Assembly: GCA_003514055.1 (NCBI GenBank) | Contig: DOSG01000002.1 | Location: forward strand, 79,825 to 143,824 | Reading direction: 5' to 3' | Length of the DNA: 64,000 bases | DNA from: Candidatus Yanofskybacteria bacterium | GTDB taxonomy: Bacteria; Patescibacteriota; Minisyncoccia; 2-02-FULL-40-12; GWA2-44-9 | Shown here: positions 39,939-49,890 of the stretch, in pieces | How the letters are laid out: each line of letters begins with the position of its first letter | Position numbering within the stretch: the stretch's first letter is position 1 | The notes under the pieces: model-generated | Database searches by the model: none | Seen by the model: the letters and a program-made list of their open reading frames with translations, nothing else | Told to the model about the DNA's origin: nothing | Program-made: the position numbers and the translations under genes

Positions 39939-40562
39939 TTATGCTGGATCATATAGTAATTTGAGCTTCGCCAGTCCACGATGTAGTTGTACGGCAATGG
40001 TATTTTTTGATTGTCCGGTGACGAGTGAGATTTCTTCGAGCGATAAGTCTTGGCTATATTTCATACGCATCACCTCTTGGTATTTTTTAGGAAGTCGCTG
40101 TATCAATATAAGCGCTTTCTTGCCGTCGAGCATATCTATAAGGCGTCCAGAGTTATCATTCCCAGGTTCGAACCCTTTCTCTAGCAGGGCATCAAGTGAG
40201 GTTGTCTTTCGTTTCCTATATTCGTCGACGATAAGATTGTTGAGAACATGATAGAGAAAGGCTTTCATAATTTCGATCTTTCCGCCCTTGACTATATAAC
40301 TCCAAGTTTTAATGAATGTATTCTGGACTAAATCTTCGCTAGTCATGCGGTTACGTATCTTAAAAAAGGCATACGAGCGAAGCTTTTTTTCGTAATCTCC
40401 GTGAACTATAGTAAATGCCACCTTTTGTTGTATTTCTTGAGTGGTTTCGTCCATGTTTATGAATAAAGCGGCCAAATTGCACATTATCGTGCGAGGAGTG
40501 ATAGTGTAGATCAATTGTGACCCCTTTTTTGCACAATAGCCAGCTGTAATAATTTTGATCAT
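39939..40562 (-). CDS. Sigma-70/ECF-family sigma factor
   Basis: region 4 HTH LSLEEISLVTGQSKNTIAVQLHRGLAKLK; region 2-like VQNTFIKTWSY. Confidence 0.55.
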   Translation of the reverse strand: MIKIITAGYCAKKGSQLIYTITPRTIMCNLAALFINMDETTQEIQQKVAFTIVHGDYEKKLRSYAFFKIRNRMTSEDLVQNTFIKTWSYIVKGGKIEIMKAFLYHVLNNLIVDEYRKRKTTSLDALLEKGFEPGNDNSGRLIDMLDGKKALILIQRLPKKYQEVMRMKYSQDLSLEEISLVTGQSKNTIAVQLHRGLAKLKLLYDPA

Positions 40563-41161
40563 TGGCAGGCTTCATTATTATGAAACCAATAAAAAACAAG
40601 AATAGTATAGGAATCGAGGCCATAGGCCCTGATTTTGTGAAGCGTTTATGGGAGGAAAGTTGGACATACATCAGAACGGTAGTCGATGTGGTTCGAGAAC
40701 CGGTCCTGATTCTTAACAAAGACCTTCGAGTGATGGCGGCTAATGATTCCTTCTATAGACTTTTCCAAGTCGAGTCAAAAGATACCGAAGGAAAGGTTGT
40801 CTATGAACTCGGAAATGGTCAATGGAATATTCCATCGCTTCGGAAACTCCTCGAAGATATATTGCCCAGAAATTCATTTTTCAAAGGCTTCGAGGTTGCT
40901 CACGAGTTTCCTGTTATAGGCCGTAAGGTCATGATTTTAAATGCTAGACAGATCCATCCCAAAGAGGAGATGACTTCAAAATTATTTCCACCGATTATAC
41001 TTCTGGCCATGGAAGATGTTACAGACATGATGCTTGTCGCCGAGACTCTCGCTAGTCATGCTAATCAAGTCGAATCCAAGTTCGCGGAGCGTGCGCATAA
41101 ATTGGAGGTTAACATTGAGAAGCTGGAGCAAGAGATTGTAAAACTTAAGAAAATATCATAA
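40562..41161 (+). CDS. PAS-domain protein with C-terminal coiled coil
   Basis: PVLILNKDLRVMAANDSFYRLFQVESKDTEGKVVYEL resembles the PAS core. Confidence 0.4.
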   Translation: MAGFIIMKPIKNKNSIGIEAIGPDFVKRLWEESWTYIRTVVDVVREPVLILNKDLRVMAANDSFYRLFQVESKDTEGKVVYELGNGQWNIPSLRKLLEDILPRNSFFKGFEVAHEFPVIGRKVMILNARQIHPKEEMTSKLFPPIILLAMEDVTDMMLVAETLASHANQVESKFAERAHKLEVNIEKLEQEIVKLKKIS

Positions 41162-41198
41162 TCGTCTAGGTAAAATAAAAAATAATTAATAAAAACAT

Positions 41199-41447
41199 AT
41201 GGGAATTATATTATGGATCATATTCGGCGCATTAGTTGGCTGGGTGGCTTCTATGATAATGAAGACCGACGCTGAGCAGGGAGCATTGTTAAATATAGCA
41301 GTGGGTATCGTCGGAGCAGTTATAGGTGGTTGGTTGATGAGCGTTATCGGAGCAAGTGGTGTTGGGGGATTTAATCTATACAGTTTTGTGGTGGCATTGA
41401 TTGGTGCGTGTGTATTAATCGCAATAGTGAAAGCATTACGTCGCTAA
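41199..41447 (+). CDS. GlsB/YeaQ/YmgE family (transglycosylase-associated) small membrane protein
   Basis: MGIILWIIFGALVGWVA... with Gly-rich TM helices; 82 aa. Confidence 0.7.
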   Translation: MGIILWIIFGALVGWVASMIMKTDAEQGALLNIAVGIVGAVIGGWLMSVIGASGVGGFNLYSFVVALIGACVLIAIVKALRR

Positions 41448-41475
41448 AAAATATTAACAACATAACATTAAAAAT

Positions 41476-41826
41476 ATGGACTCATACAATTCTCCAACTA
41501 CGAAGCCGTTATTTAGAGGCGCTCAGGTCGTGTGGTACATTTTATCGATTTTAGAGGTGCTGCTTGCTTTTCGTCTTATATTAAAATTGATGGCAGCAAA
41601 TCCTGGCGCGGGCTTTACGAATCTTATCTATTCTGTGACTTGGCCATTTATCGCACCTTTTCTAGCGGTGTTTCCAAAGACTGTTGTAGAAAGTAGCGTC
41701 TTCGAATGGACTACTCTTCTCGCTATGTTTGTATATTGGATGATAGCCATGGCAATCATTAGATTATTTCTAATGAGCAAGACCGTATCAACTCCAGAAG
41801 CAGCAGCCAAGCTTAACGAAAAATAA
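41476..41826 (+). CDS. YggT-like small membrane protein (tentative)
   Basis: 116 aa, two TM helices. Confidence 0.35.
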   Translation: MDSYNSPTTKPLFRGAQVVWYILSILEVLLAFRLILKLMAANPGAGFTNLIYSVTWPFIAPFLAVFPKTVVESSVFEWTTLLAMFVYWMIAMAIIRLFLMSKTVSTPEAAAKLNEK

Positions 41827-41830
41827 TATC

Positions 41831-42700
41831 ATGAAAATATTTGGAAAAATTTTGATGGTCGCGCTGGTAGTTTCTTTTGTCCTTGACGTGTCTGGGGCTA
41901 GTCTAGCTGCGACTACGATAAATCTTGGCGCGGCTGGTAATTTTGCAGTACTCGGAAGTTCAACGATTACCAATATCGGGTCTACTGTTGTAAACGGAGA
42001 CCTAGGATTGAATCCTGGTGCTTCGGTTACGGGATTTCCGCCTGGAGTAGTCAATGGTACGCAGCACATAACTGATGGCGTGGCTGCTCAGGCGCAGATA
42101 GACCTAGTTACGGCTTATAATTTGGCTAGCACGCAAGCTGGTGCCGTAATAATATCTGGCGATCTGGGTGGATTGACCCTGACGCCGGGAGTATATAATT
42201 CTGCGACATCAATCGGCCTTACTGGCGGATTAACCCTAGATGGTCAGGGGAACCAAAATGCAGTGTTTATTTTTCAGATTGGCTCTACGCTAACTACAGC
42301 ATCGGGAAGTACGATAAATCTTATAAATGGCGCTCAAGCTTGTAACGTTTTTTGGCAAGTTGGTTCTTCTGCTACACTAGGAACAAATTCAAGCTTTTCC
42401 GGGACTATCTTGGCATTCGCGTCTGTCACGGCGACTACTGGTGCGTCAATCAACGGCAGGGTGTTGGCACGGAATGGCGCGGTAACTCTCGACACAAGCC
42501 CGATCACTAGGCCAGTATGTATAGTAGCGACACCAACGCCAACTTCTTCGTCAACGCCGATACCAACGGTATCGCCTACAATAACACCAACTCCAACACC
42601 TTCGCCAACACCGACAGCGTCGCCTACGGTAACTCCGGCTCCTACGGTTACCCCAACTCCAACACCGAAGTTGCCAAATACGGGTTTCGGCCCAAATTAA
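41831..42700 (+). CDS. Secreted DUF3494 (ice-binding-like) beta-solenoid protein with P/T-rich stalk and LPNTG sorting motif
   Basis: NLGAAGNFAVLGSSTITNIGSTVVNGDLGLNPGASVTGF; C-terminal ...TPTPKLPNTGFGPN then a stop. Confidence 0.6.
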   Translation: MKIFGKILMVALVVSFVLDVSGASLAATTINLGAAGNFAVLGSSTITNIGSTVVNGDLGLNPGASVTGFPPGVVNGTQHITDGVAAQAQIDLVTAYNLASTQAGAVIISGDLGGLTLTPGVYNSATSIGLTGGLTLDGQGNQNAVFIFQIGSTLTTASGSTINLINGAQACNVFWQVGSSATLGTNSSFSGTILAFASVTATTGASINGRVLARNGAVTLDTSPITRPVCIVATPTPTSSSTPIPTVSPTITPTPTPSPTPTASPTVTPAPTVTPTPTPKLPNTGFGPN

Positions 42701-42748
42701 GTAAATCTTCTCTGGTAGTGTCAGGCGTGAATTTAATTATATAAATAT

Positions 42749-43309
42749 TTGTATACACGAATTATAAGATGGTGGTTATCGGGTATAGTTTTACTTGGAC
42801 TTCCGGCCATATTTTTTATATATAGTTTGGCATATCCCGGGTTAAATCAAAAAGGCGATAGAATTGGGATCCCAGTACGGATTAAAATCGTAAGCATTGG
42901 TGTTGATGCGGTGATTGAGCAGGTGGCGATAACAGATGATGGGCTCATGGATGTTCCAAAGTTCCCGGTAAATACTGGATGGTATAGTTTGGGCCCTCGT
43001 CCAGGAGAAAGCGGCAGTGCGGTGATTGATGGTCATGTCGACGATGAACGTGGCGATAAGGCAGTATTCTCAGATTTACATAATCTAAGACCGGGAGATA
43101 AGATTGAGGTTCAAGACGATAGGGGCTTGCTAGTGTCATTTATAGTGCGCGAAAGTCGTCGATATGATCCAGATGCAGACTCTTCTGAAATATTTATATC
43201 CAATGATGAAAGATCGCACCTAAATCTAATTACCTGTGAAGGTACTTGGGACGAAGCATCTAAAAGCTATTCCCAACGATTAGTGGTATTTACCGACAGA
43301 GAGATGTGA
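42749..43309 (+). CDS. Sortase
   Basis: catalytic His (IDGHVD) and TLxTC Cys (NLITCEG); N-terminal TM segment. Confidence 0.8.
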   Translation: MYTRIIRWWLSGIVLLGLPAIFFIYSLAYPGLNQKGDRIGIPVRIKIVSIGVDAVIEQVAITDDGLMDVPKFPVNTGWYSLGPRPGESGSAVIDGHVDDERGDKAVFSDLHNLRPGDKIEVQDDRGLLVSFIVRESRRYDPDADSSEIFISNDERSHLNLITCEGTWDEASKSYSQRLVVFTDREM

Positions 43310-43369
43310 GCCAAGATTTAATCCCAGGGATTCCCATGGCACATAATCTGTGTTATAATAAGAGTCAAA

Positions 43370-44503
43370 ATGAGAATAGCTACCAACGTAACTAGAGAAT
43401 ATCTTGGAGGTATAACTCGGTCAAACATCAATTTTTTAGATTCAATCCACGGAGAAGGAGATGGTGTAATTGGCCTTGAGTTAAATGCAAAAAGATACGT
43501 ACTTGAGCCTACGATGTTTCGACATCTTTCTTTGGATTGGTTTGCGCATCACATTATAAACATTCACGACATCTCGATATATAAAGCTATATATAGCTCT
43601 AAATCTCTGGGAGACCTCGAGAAAAAGTATAGGGCTATCATAAATATAATTAAAGATATTCTGGCCAAGGATAAGCCAGATGTCGTATTTTTGAATGGGA
43701 CATATTATGTACCATGGCTGATTTCCATAGCCGCCCACGAGTTAAAAATACCAATAGTGTTGCGGTATGCGGGAGTATATACAAAAGAGACAGAGCATCT
43801 CAAGCCGAAGCTTAGGAAGTTTTTCAATCAGATAGAGAAATCATTTAGAAAGAGGGTGAGCCGCTTCGTTTTCCCGTCGCGTTTATGCAAGGACCTTGTT
43901 GAGAAAGAAATATATAAAGGAGAGATTGAGAATGCCTTTATAATTCCCAACTCATTTAACGTGAAAGAGGACTATACGATTTTTAGGACGACCGAAAGGA
44001 GGATCGCTGCCATTGGTAGGTGGGATAGCATAAAGAATTTTAAAGCCTTTTTTGATATTCACAAGGCATTACAAAAAGATGGTTGGAGGCACGAGGCATC
44101 GTTTGTAACTAGCGACTCAAAAATAATGGGGATGCCGAAGAGCATAAATAGACTCGCCTCGATGACTCATGAAGAGTTGTTGAATTTCTATTCTGCCCAG
44201 GGACTAATTATCTGCCCTTCTATATTTGAGACATTTGGTAACGTCCCGATGGAGGCGGTCTGCATGGGGATACCCGTCCTTGTAAGCGAGAACATGGGAT
44301 GTGCCGAAATATTAAAAATAGCCGGTCTGGAGAATATGGTGATTTCTTTTAAAGATATGAAGGAGGTTACGAAGAGAGTTAAACTACTTTGTGGACAGCA
44401 AATAATGCCTAAGCAGATAAATAATGTTCGAAAGATTCTCAATTCTAAGTTAATAAATGCTGAAATAGTAGCGATTCTTAGGGATGCCATTAGTCATAAG
44501 TAG
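43370..44503 (+). CDS. Glycosyltransferase family 4 (GT-B)
   Basis: ETFGNVPMEAVCMGIPVLVSENMG (E-x7-E-like GT4 motif). Confidence 0.75.
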   Translation: MRIATNVTREYLGGITRSNINFLDSIHGEGDGVIGLELNAKRYVLEPTMFRHLSLDWFAHHIINIHDISIYKAIYSSKSLGDLEKKYRAIINIIKDILAKDKPDVVFLNGTYYVPWLISIAAHELKIPIVLRYAGVYTKETEHLKPKLRKFFNQIEKSFRKRVSRFVFPSRLCKDLVEKEIYKGEIENAFIIPNSFNVKEDYTIFRTTERRIAAIGRWDSIKNFKAFFDIHKALQKDGWRHEASFVTSDSKIMGMPKSINRLASMTHEELLNFYSAQGLIICPSIFETFGNVPMEAVCMGIPVLVSENMGCAEILKIAGLENMVISFKDMKEVTKRVKLLCGQQIMPKQINNVRKILNSKLINAEIVAILRDAISHK

Positions 44504-44618
44504 GTCTCAATATTTTCAAATTAACGGGCTAAGCTTAGGTATTAAAAAAAGCCATTTAAAAATGGCTTTTGGCGTTTTTATATTAGAAATATTTGGGGGA
44601 AAGTGGTTAAATTGATGT

Positions 44619-45572
44619 ATGGAAATCCAAAAGAAACGGCTGGAAGAAATACAGAAGGTACTTGTTCGGACATTCTTTATGAATTTGGTGGCCTGTTTAA
44701 TCAAGATAGTTCTCGGATTTTATACTGGCATTTTAGCAATTGCAGCGGATGGATTTCATTCTCTTGGAGACTCGCTGTCTAATATAATTGGATTTTTGGG
44801 TATACGATTGGCGAAGAAGAAGCCCGACGATAAATACGCCTATGGTTATGACAAATTCGAATCCTTCGTAACGCTTTTAATTGTTTCGATAATATCTGTT
44901 ACTTGCTATAAGATTTTCGAAGGTGGCATTCATCGTCTGATGCATCCGCAGGAGATTCAGGTCAATCCATTTATGATGATAATCGTTGTGGCTTCTATAG
45001 GTATAAACATTATCACTATTTGGTATGAAGGTGGGGCCGGCAGAAGTTTAAAAAGTGAGTTCTTGATCGCAGATTCTAATGAAACCAAGAGCGATCTGTG
45101 GGTTTCGAGTCTAGTCGTTGCTGGCGTTCTGATAATTAGCAGGATCGGATGGAATTGGCTAGATGGGGCACTATCATTACTAGTCGGCCTGTTTGTGCTG
45201 AGGGTTATATGGGAAATAATCGTGTCTACCGCTAAGACTTTGGCTGATGGCCAAGTCGTATCACCTTCTGCGGTAACTAAAATAGTTCTAGCCGTACCTG
45301 GCGTAGAATTTTGTCATGCGGTTCGTTCGAGGGGCAGGGAAGAAGCATTTTATTTAGATTTGCACTTGGGCACAAATAAGGATTTAACGATTGAGGAGGC
45401 CCACGATGATATTTGTCATCAGGCTAAAATTGCCCTACATAAGGCATTCCCAGGTCTCAAATCGGCAAATATTCATATCGAACCAGATAATGAAGATGGC
45501 AGAGGAAGAGCCAATAGTGTCTTTAGAAAACGCGACTCCTATAATCACGGCAAGGAGTTGCTGGCGAAATAA
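44619..45572 (+). CDS. Cation diffusion facilitator (CDF) family metal transporter
   Basis: ADGFHSLGDSLSNIIGFLG signature; 6 TM segments plus a cytoplasmic C-terminal domain. Confidence 0.85.
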   Translation: MEIQKKRLEEIQKVLVRTFFMNLVACLIKIVLGFYTGILAIAADGFHSLGDSLSNIIGFLGIRLAKKKPDDKYAYGYDKFESFVTLLIVSIISVTCYKIFEGGIHRLMHPQEIQVNPFMMIIVVASIGINIITIWYEGGAGRSLKSEFLIADSNETKSDLWVSSLVVAGVLIISRIGWNWLDGALSLLVGLFVLRVIWEIIVSTAKTLADGQVVSPSAVTKIVLAVPGVEFCHAVRSRGREEAFYLDLHLGTNKDLTIEEAHDDICHQAKIALHKAFPGLKSANIHIEPDNEDGRGRANSVFRKRDSYNHGKELLAK

Positions 45573-45611
45573 CTTGTGGACGAAAATTTACGTTAGTGAT
45601 TAAATATAATT

Positions 45612-45950
45612 ATGAGTGAAAAAACACCGGATACATTTGAGCAAAAAGTTGAGCACATCCCTACGCCAGACGAGGTTAGTGAGATAATAAGGCAGATGGT
45701 AGGAGGGGAATTTCAGGAGACTAAGAGATGTTTAGACGCTAAGGGTAATTTGTATCGAATCGATGCGATTGCTCCAGGAACAAGAGAAGGCGAGTCTCTG
45801 GAGATATTTTATATAAGGAAAGGAGTTTATCCGAGCGGTGATCAAGCGGCAGAGACGGAAATTCATAGCGTCTATGTTGGAGATGATTATTGCGGACCGG
45901 CAGGCCCGCAAGCCTCATTAGCTGATGGTCAGTGGGTGCTGACTAGCTAA
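45612..45950 (+). CDS. Hypothetical protein (112 aa)
   Basis: ORF only. Confidence 0.4.
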   Translation: MSEKTPDTFEQKVEHIPTPDEVSEIIRQMVGGEFQETKRCLDAKGNLYRIDAIAPGTREGESLEIFYIRKGVYPSGDQAAETEIHSVYVGDDYCGPAGPQASLADGQWVLTS

Positions 45951-45987
45951 CGAGAGGCATTACGCCCTCGAAAGCGTAACGATAGAC

Positions 45988-46017
45988 TTGACGAATACCA
46001 CGTAGGTGGTATTTTAG
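45988..46017 (+). promoter_or_regulatory. Promoter with operator: TTGACG-a-ATACCAC-gtag-GTGGTAT-TTTAG
   Basis: same architecture as 15853-15880 and 19495-19524. Confidence 0.55.
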
Positions 46018-46085
46018 TTTAAGCTCATTATCGTGGAAGGCGAAGATTATGAAGACAATCGCAAATCCTTCTTTCGAGAAGACTT

Positions 46086-46415
46086 ATGGCACATAAGCCA
46101 ATTGCTCCTAGAGCCTCAAGGCGTGTAGGAAGTTTTTTGGTGATAATGATTACTAGAGCGATCAGCAGGTACATCGCTCAAGTGATTGAGGAAGAACCTC
46201 TAGTATTGAAAGTTGAAGAATCGGGGCCCTACTCTAGATTAAAAGGTGAAGACTTTGTAATAATGGAGAATGATTCTCTGCGAGCTCAAGGAGATGATGA
46301 GACTGCACAAGAACTTCTTCGAGAAGCGGTTCGACGTGGCAAACCGCTTCGTTCTGGCCTGAAAAGCCTAGGAGTTAAGAATGGAAAATTGCATGAGATT
46401 CTGCCAGTAGAGTAA
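46086..46415 (+). CDS. Hypothetical protein (109 aa)
   Basis: ORF downstream of the operator promoter; terminator 46432-46490. Confidence 0.4.
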   Translation: MAHKPIAPRASRRVGSFLVIMITRAISRYIAQVIEEEPLVLKVEESGPYSRLKGEDFVIMENDSLRAQGDDETAQELLREAVRRGKPLRSGLKSLGVKNGKLHEILPVE

Positions 46416-46703
46416 TCTCTTTTTTGTTGATGGGGTCCGTGCCCTGCATGCAAAAGGCTTTGCCTTTTGCATGCAGGGTCTTTTTGTTTCTATATTTGTG
46501 ATAGAATTATGTACATACTGAGTAGTTAATATTTAATGAAAAACTGGCTAAGATCTAACTCGCTAGGCATTCTATTAATTATTGTGGCCGTTGCCATTTT
46601 AGTTGGCATAGTTTTTTTGGCAACCAGTCGAAATTTATCTGCTGTGATTTTTTAATCGCCAACGGTTGCCAATAATTTAAAAAAACGGTAGACTGTTGAT
46701 ATT

Positions 46704-46826
46704 ATGGCAAAACGAAAAGGAGCATTGAGCAGTCTGAACAGGAAGTCGCATTCTCACAAGACTAAGAAACGTCTTGCGGCAAAAGCGCTTCTGTTAGCTA
46801 AGATAGCCGCTAAAAGACGGAAATAG
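46704..46826 (+). CDS. Very basic 40-aa protein (MAKRKGALSSLNRKSHSHKTKKRLAAKALLLAKIAAKRRK), ribosomal-protein-like composition
   Basis: short ORF below the track threshold. Confidence 0.25.
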   Translation: MAKRKGALSSLNRKSHSHKTKKRLAAKALLLAKIAAKRRK

Positions 46827-46993
46827 ACTTTAGCTTTTAAGTAAATAAAACGGCCTTTTAGGGCGTTTTATTGTTGATTTTGGTTCAAATAGTCAAGACA
46901 ATTGACAAAATAAGATAAATGGAGCATTATTGATATACAAAGAGACGTGGTCGGGTTTCTAAAAAAATAAAAAGAGTTATACAATTTAAAAAA

Positions 46994-47194
46994 ATGACTG
47001 GAACAATTAAGACACTTACGGAAAAAGGTTTTGGATTTATCTCTCGCGAAGGTGAAACGAAAGATCTTTTCTTTCACTCTAACGATTTGGTAGGCGTAAC
47101 CTATGCCGAGCTGAGACTTGGCGATAGCGTCACCTTTGATGTCGTTGATGGCGACAAGGGACCTAGCGCTAAGAATGTAGCAAAGGCTCAGTAA
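46994..47194 (+). CDS. Cold-shock protein (CspA family)
   Basis: GTIKTLTEKGFGFISREG...DLFFHSNDL (RNP-1/RNP-2 motifs); terminator 47207-47240. Confidence 0.9.
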   Translation: MTGTIKTLTEKGFGFISREGETKDLFFHSNDLVGVTYAELRLGDSVTFDVVDGDKGPSAKNVAKAQ

Positions 47195-47370
47195 ACCGAT
47201 TTAAAAAACCAGCCCCCCAGTCGGGGGCTGGTTTTTTATTATCTAAAATTCGTCGAGATAGTAGTATCTATACAAGATTAGTGGAGCCGTCGGATATGAC
47301 GGCTTTTATGTTTAGGTGAGCCTTATTGATTCTTCTCGTGATAGTATTAGGATATATCTAGATAATTGGC

Positions 47371-47652
47371 ATGGAGACTGGCATGGCCTTAGCACCTTTC
47401 ATGGTGATCACATTCCTAGTTTGCTTAGTAGTCGCGTATCTATATATGACGATTAAGTGTTTTGCTCAAAAGAGATATAGTTCGGCGGCGAATCTAATAT
47501 TGCGCATGTTTGCGAACATTACGTGTGAGCCTTGTAGGGAGAGTTGCGATAATCATAAAAAACTTATCGCTCGAGCCATATTGTTCTCATTGCTTATGGC
47601 TATTGTCCTCACTCTTACTGTTTATCTTGCCATCACCTATTCTGCTCGCTAA
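47371..47652 (+). CDS. Small membrane protein (93 aa)
   Basis: two TM helices. Confidence 0.4.
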   Translation: METGMALAPFMVITFLVCLVVAYLYMTIKCFAQKRYSSAANLILRMFANITCEPCRESCDNHKKLIARAILFSLLMAIVLTLTVYLAITYSAR

Positions 47653-47765
47653 CCACCTTGCCTAGGTGGTTTTATGTTTAACTGGTAGTATGTCGCAGTT
47701 TATGGCCAGATTTTTTATTTCATTGCGAGCCGCTTGTAATATAGAAATAACGTGGTATAATGCGG

Positions 47766-47795
47766 CCGTGATTCGTGTTGGTTCGTAAGCAACTT
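47766..47795 (+). promoter_or_regulatory. Promoter TTGTAA-N17-TGgTATAAT ahead of a GC-rich gene
   Basis: cttgtaatatagaaataacgtggtataatg. Confidence 0.5.
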
Positions 47796-47843
47796 GGGTG
47801 ACTACTACCAGAGGCCAGATGCCTAAAAAGTAGTGGAGGAATT

Positions 47844-48359
47844 ATGGAAAGACTAAAACGGTTGATGGCCGAAGCCGAGGCTCTCATCATCGGGTCCGAT
47901 GATGAGCCGAATAGCGGCAAGAATTTCGATGACGTGGTCATCGGTGTCTTGCCGGATGGGCTGAAGAGGCTCGGTGTCCTCATCGGGCGCAAGTACGACC
48001 AGATCAAGGCGATGGTCAGGGAGGGTATCCACCTGTGTGACGCCGACGAGGGCCTTGAGCCCCACGAACACACGTCGGAACACAAGGAGTTCCACGCGAA
48101 GGTCCGCGCCGCCGAGGCGGAGCTGAAGTTCGTCAAGGATCTCTTCTGGGGTCTGGTGAAGATCGAATTCCCGGACGCCAACGACAAGGGAGAGCTGCTC
48201 GTTTGCATCGGCTTCGAGTTGGTGGCGAGGAAGAGCGAACCGAAACTCGACGGTTTGCGCCAGACACTGAATGCCATGGGCGTCGACTTCAAGGTTGTGC
48301 GTGCGTCTGTGGGCGACACGCCTCAGATCTTGGTGCCTGGATCCAAGGCCCGCAACTAG
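47844..48359 (+). CDS. GC-rich hypothetical protein (171 aa)
   Basis: RBS ggagga; hairpin terminator 48367-48420. Confidence 0.5.
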   Translation: MERLKRLMAEAEALIIGSDDEPNSGKNFDDVVIGVLPDGLKRLGVLIGRKYDQIKAMVREGIHLCDADEGLEPHEHTSEHKEFHAKVRAAEAELKFVKDLFWGLVKIEFPDANDKGELLVCIGFELVARKSEPKLDGLRQTLNAMGVDFKVVRASVGDTPQILVPGSKARN

Positions 48360-48507
48360 TCAGCGCGGGGTCTATTCAATCCCATGGTAGACGAAGCTTC
48401 GAGCTCCGTCTACCATGGGATTTTTACTTTTTAGGCTCATTTATGGACACGTATTGTAAAATGTGGGCTATTAGTGTAGTCTATGGCTATATAAATTAAA
48501 CAAAAAC

Positions 48508-49830
48508 ATGAAAAACACAGCAGTATTCCTATTAATCTTGGTCGTTATTACAGGAGGAATCTTTAGTAATTCGTTAATCGCCAGCGCTTCGGTGCCAACA
48601 TTATCAATCAATCCGACTGGTAGCGGCGACTCGGTTCAAATAAGTGTGTATGGTGATGCTAATTCAAGCGTGGTTTTGTATTATCAGCAATCAGGCTACT
48701 ACAGTGTCCAATCTCAATATATTGGATCGACCAATTACAGTGGCTATCTATCGACTACTATTAATAAATCGACATACAATATAAATTCTGGAAGTTCGGT
48801 TTACGTCGTAGTTAATAATCAGCAATCTTCAAGTGCTAATTGGCCATATTCATATGGCTATAATTATGGCGGGACGCCATCTGTCAGTCAGACGAGCATC
48901 TCTTTAACTATCGGGCAATCTACTAACGTGACAGTCTCTGGCGGATCTGCGCCTTATAGTATGTACCCTGGTTCGCCAAATTTGTATCAGGCTTCAATAA
49001 GCGGGAATACGCTTACTCTTGTGGGGCAGAATACGGGCTCAGATACGCTCAGAATTTGTTCTTCGGGAAGCACGACTAGCTGTGCCAATCTTTACATAAA
49101 CATAAATACCAGTGGTACTGGTTATAATAGCCAGGTGTCATTGGGACAAAATAGCGTTTCTATTAATTCTGGAAGCAGTGCCACGATAAGCATTTATGGT
49201 AGCGGAAGCTATTATATATCGAGTAACTCTAATCCTAATATTGCCACTGCCACGATAAGCGGGAATATTATGACCGTTTATGGTGTTAGCTACGGTAGTG
49301 ATAATATCACTGTCTGCCAGAGTGGTGGCCAGTGCGCAGTCTTATACGTATCAGTTGGATATGGGAATAACAACAATTACTCATCCGTATCTTTCAGCCA
49401 GGTGAATCCAGTTCTATCGATTGGACAAGTTATGAATGTGTCAGTCTATGGAGGGGATACTACTAATTACAATGTTGCTTATAATTCTAATACGAGCGTA
49501 GTGCAATCTAGCTTGAGCGGAGGAGCCTTGACGATAACCGGTTTGACCAATGGATCTAGTGCTATCGTTGTCTGTTCGTCGGCCCGTAGCTGTGCGGCAA
49601 TATCTGTGACCGTTGGCTCTGGTAGCGTATTGGGAGCTCAGAATAACTGGACATATTGTGCCGCTGAGAATGGTTATTGTAATTTTTATGGAACTCAGTT
49701 AGTTAGGTACGGAGCGAATGGGGTTTATTATTATAGAACTTTATCTGGCGGTGTCACCTGTACTAACGCCGTATTCGGAGATCCGATATTCGGCGTTGCT
49801 AAGCAATGTAGCTATGGTGGGAGTAGATAG
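48508..49830 (+). CDS. Secreted S/G/T/N-rich protein with about four ~90-aa internal repeats (Ig-like)
   Basis: signal peptide; repeated ...ISGNTLTL.G...GSD...VCSS....C... units. Confidence 0.5.
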   Translation: MKNTAVFLLILVVITGGIFSNSLIASASVPTLSINPTGSGDSVQISVYGDANSSVVLYYQQSGYYSVQSQYIGSTNYSGYLSTTINKSTYNINSGSSVYVVVNNQQSSSANWPYSYGYNYGGTPSVSQTSISLTIGQSTNVTVSGGSAPYSMYPGSPNLYQASISGNTLTLVGQNTGSDTLRICSSGSTTSCANLYININTSGTGYNSQVSLGQNSVSINSGSSATISIYGSGSYYISSNSNPNIATATISGNIMTVYGVSYGSDNITVCQSGGQCAVLYVSVGYGNNNNYSSVSFSQVNPVLSIGQVMNVSVYGGDTTNYNVAYNSNTSVVQSSLSGGALTITGLTNGSSAIVVCSSARSCAAISVTVGSGSVLGAQNNWTYCAAENGYCNFYGTQLVRYGANGVYYYRTLSGGVTCTNAVFGDPIFGVAKQCSYGGSR

Positions 49831-49842
49831 GCTTGCCATGAC

Positions 49843-49890
49843 TAATTAAGACAAACAAAAATACCACCGAGGTGGTATTTTTGTTTGTCT
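49843..49890 (+). terminator. Perfect 18-bp-arm hairpin (gacaaacaaaaataccac-cgag-gtggtatttttgtttgtc) whose tip is the ATACCAC-N4-GTGGTAT motif
   Basis: read directly from the sequence. Confidence 0.55.

Noticed and set aside
42517-42744. 75-aa ORF overlapping the end of the LPXTG protein as an independent gene
   Set aside because: It is more likely the out-of-frame continuation (hydrophobic sorting-signal tail) of the LPNTG protein after a frameshift than a separate gene.
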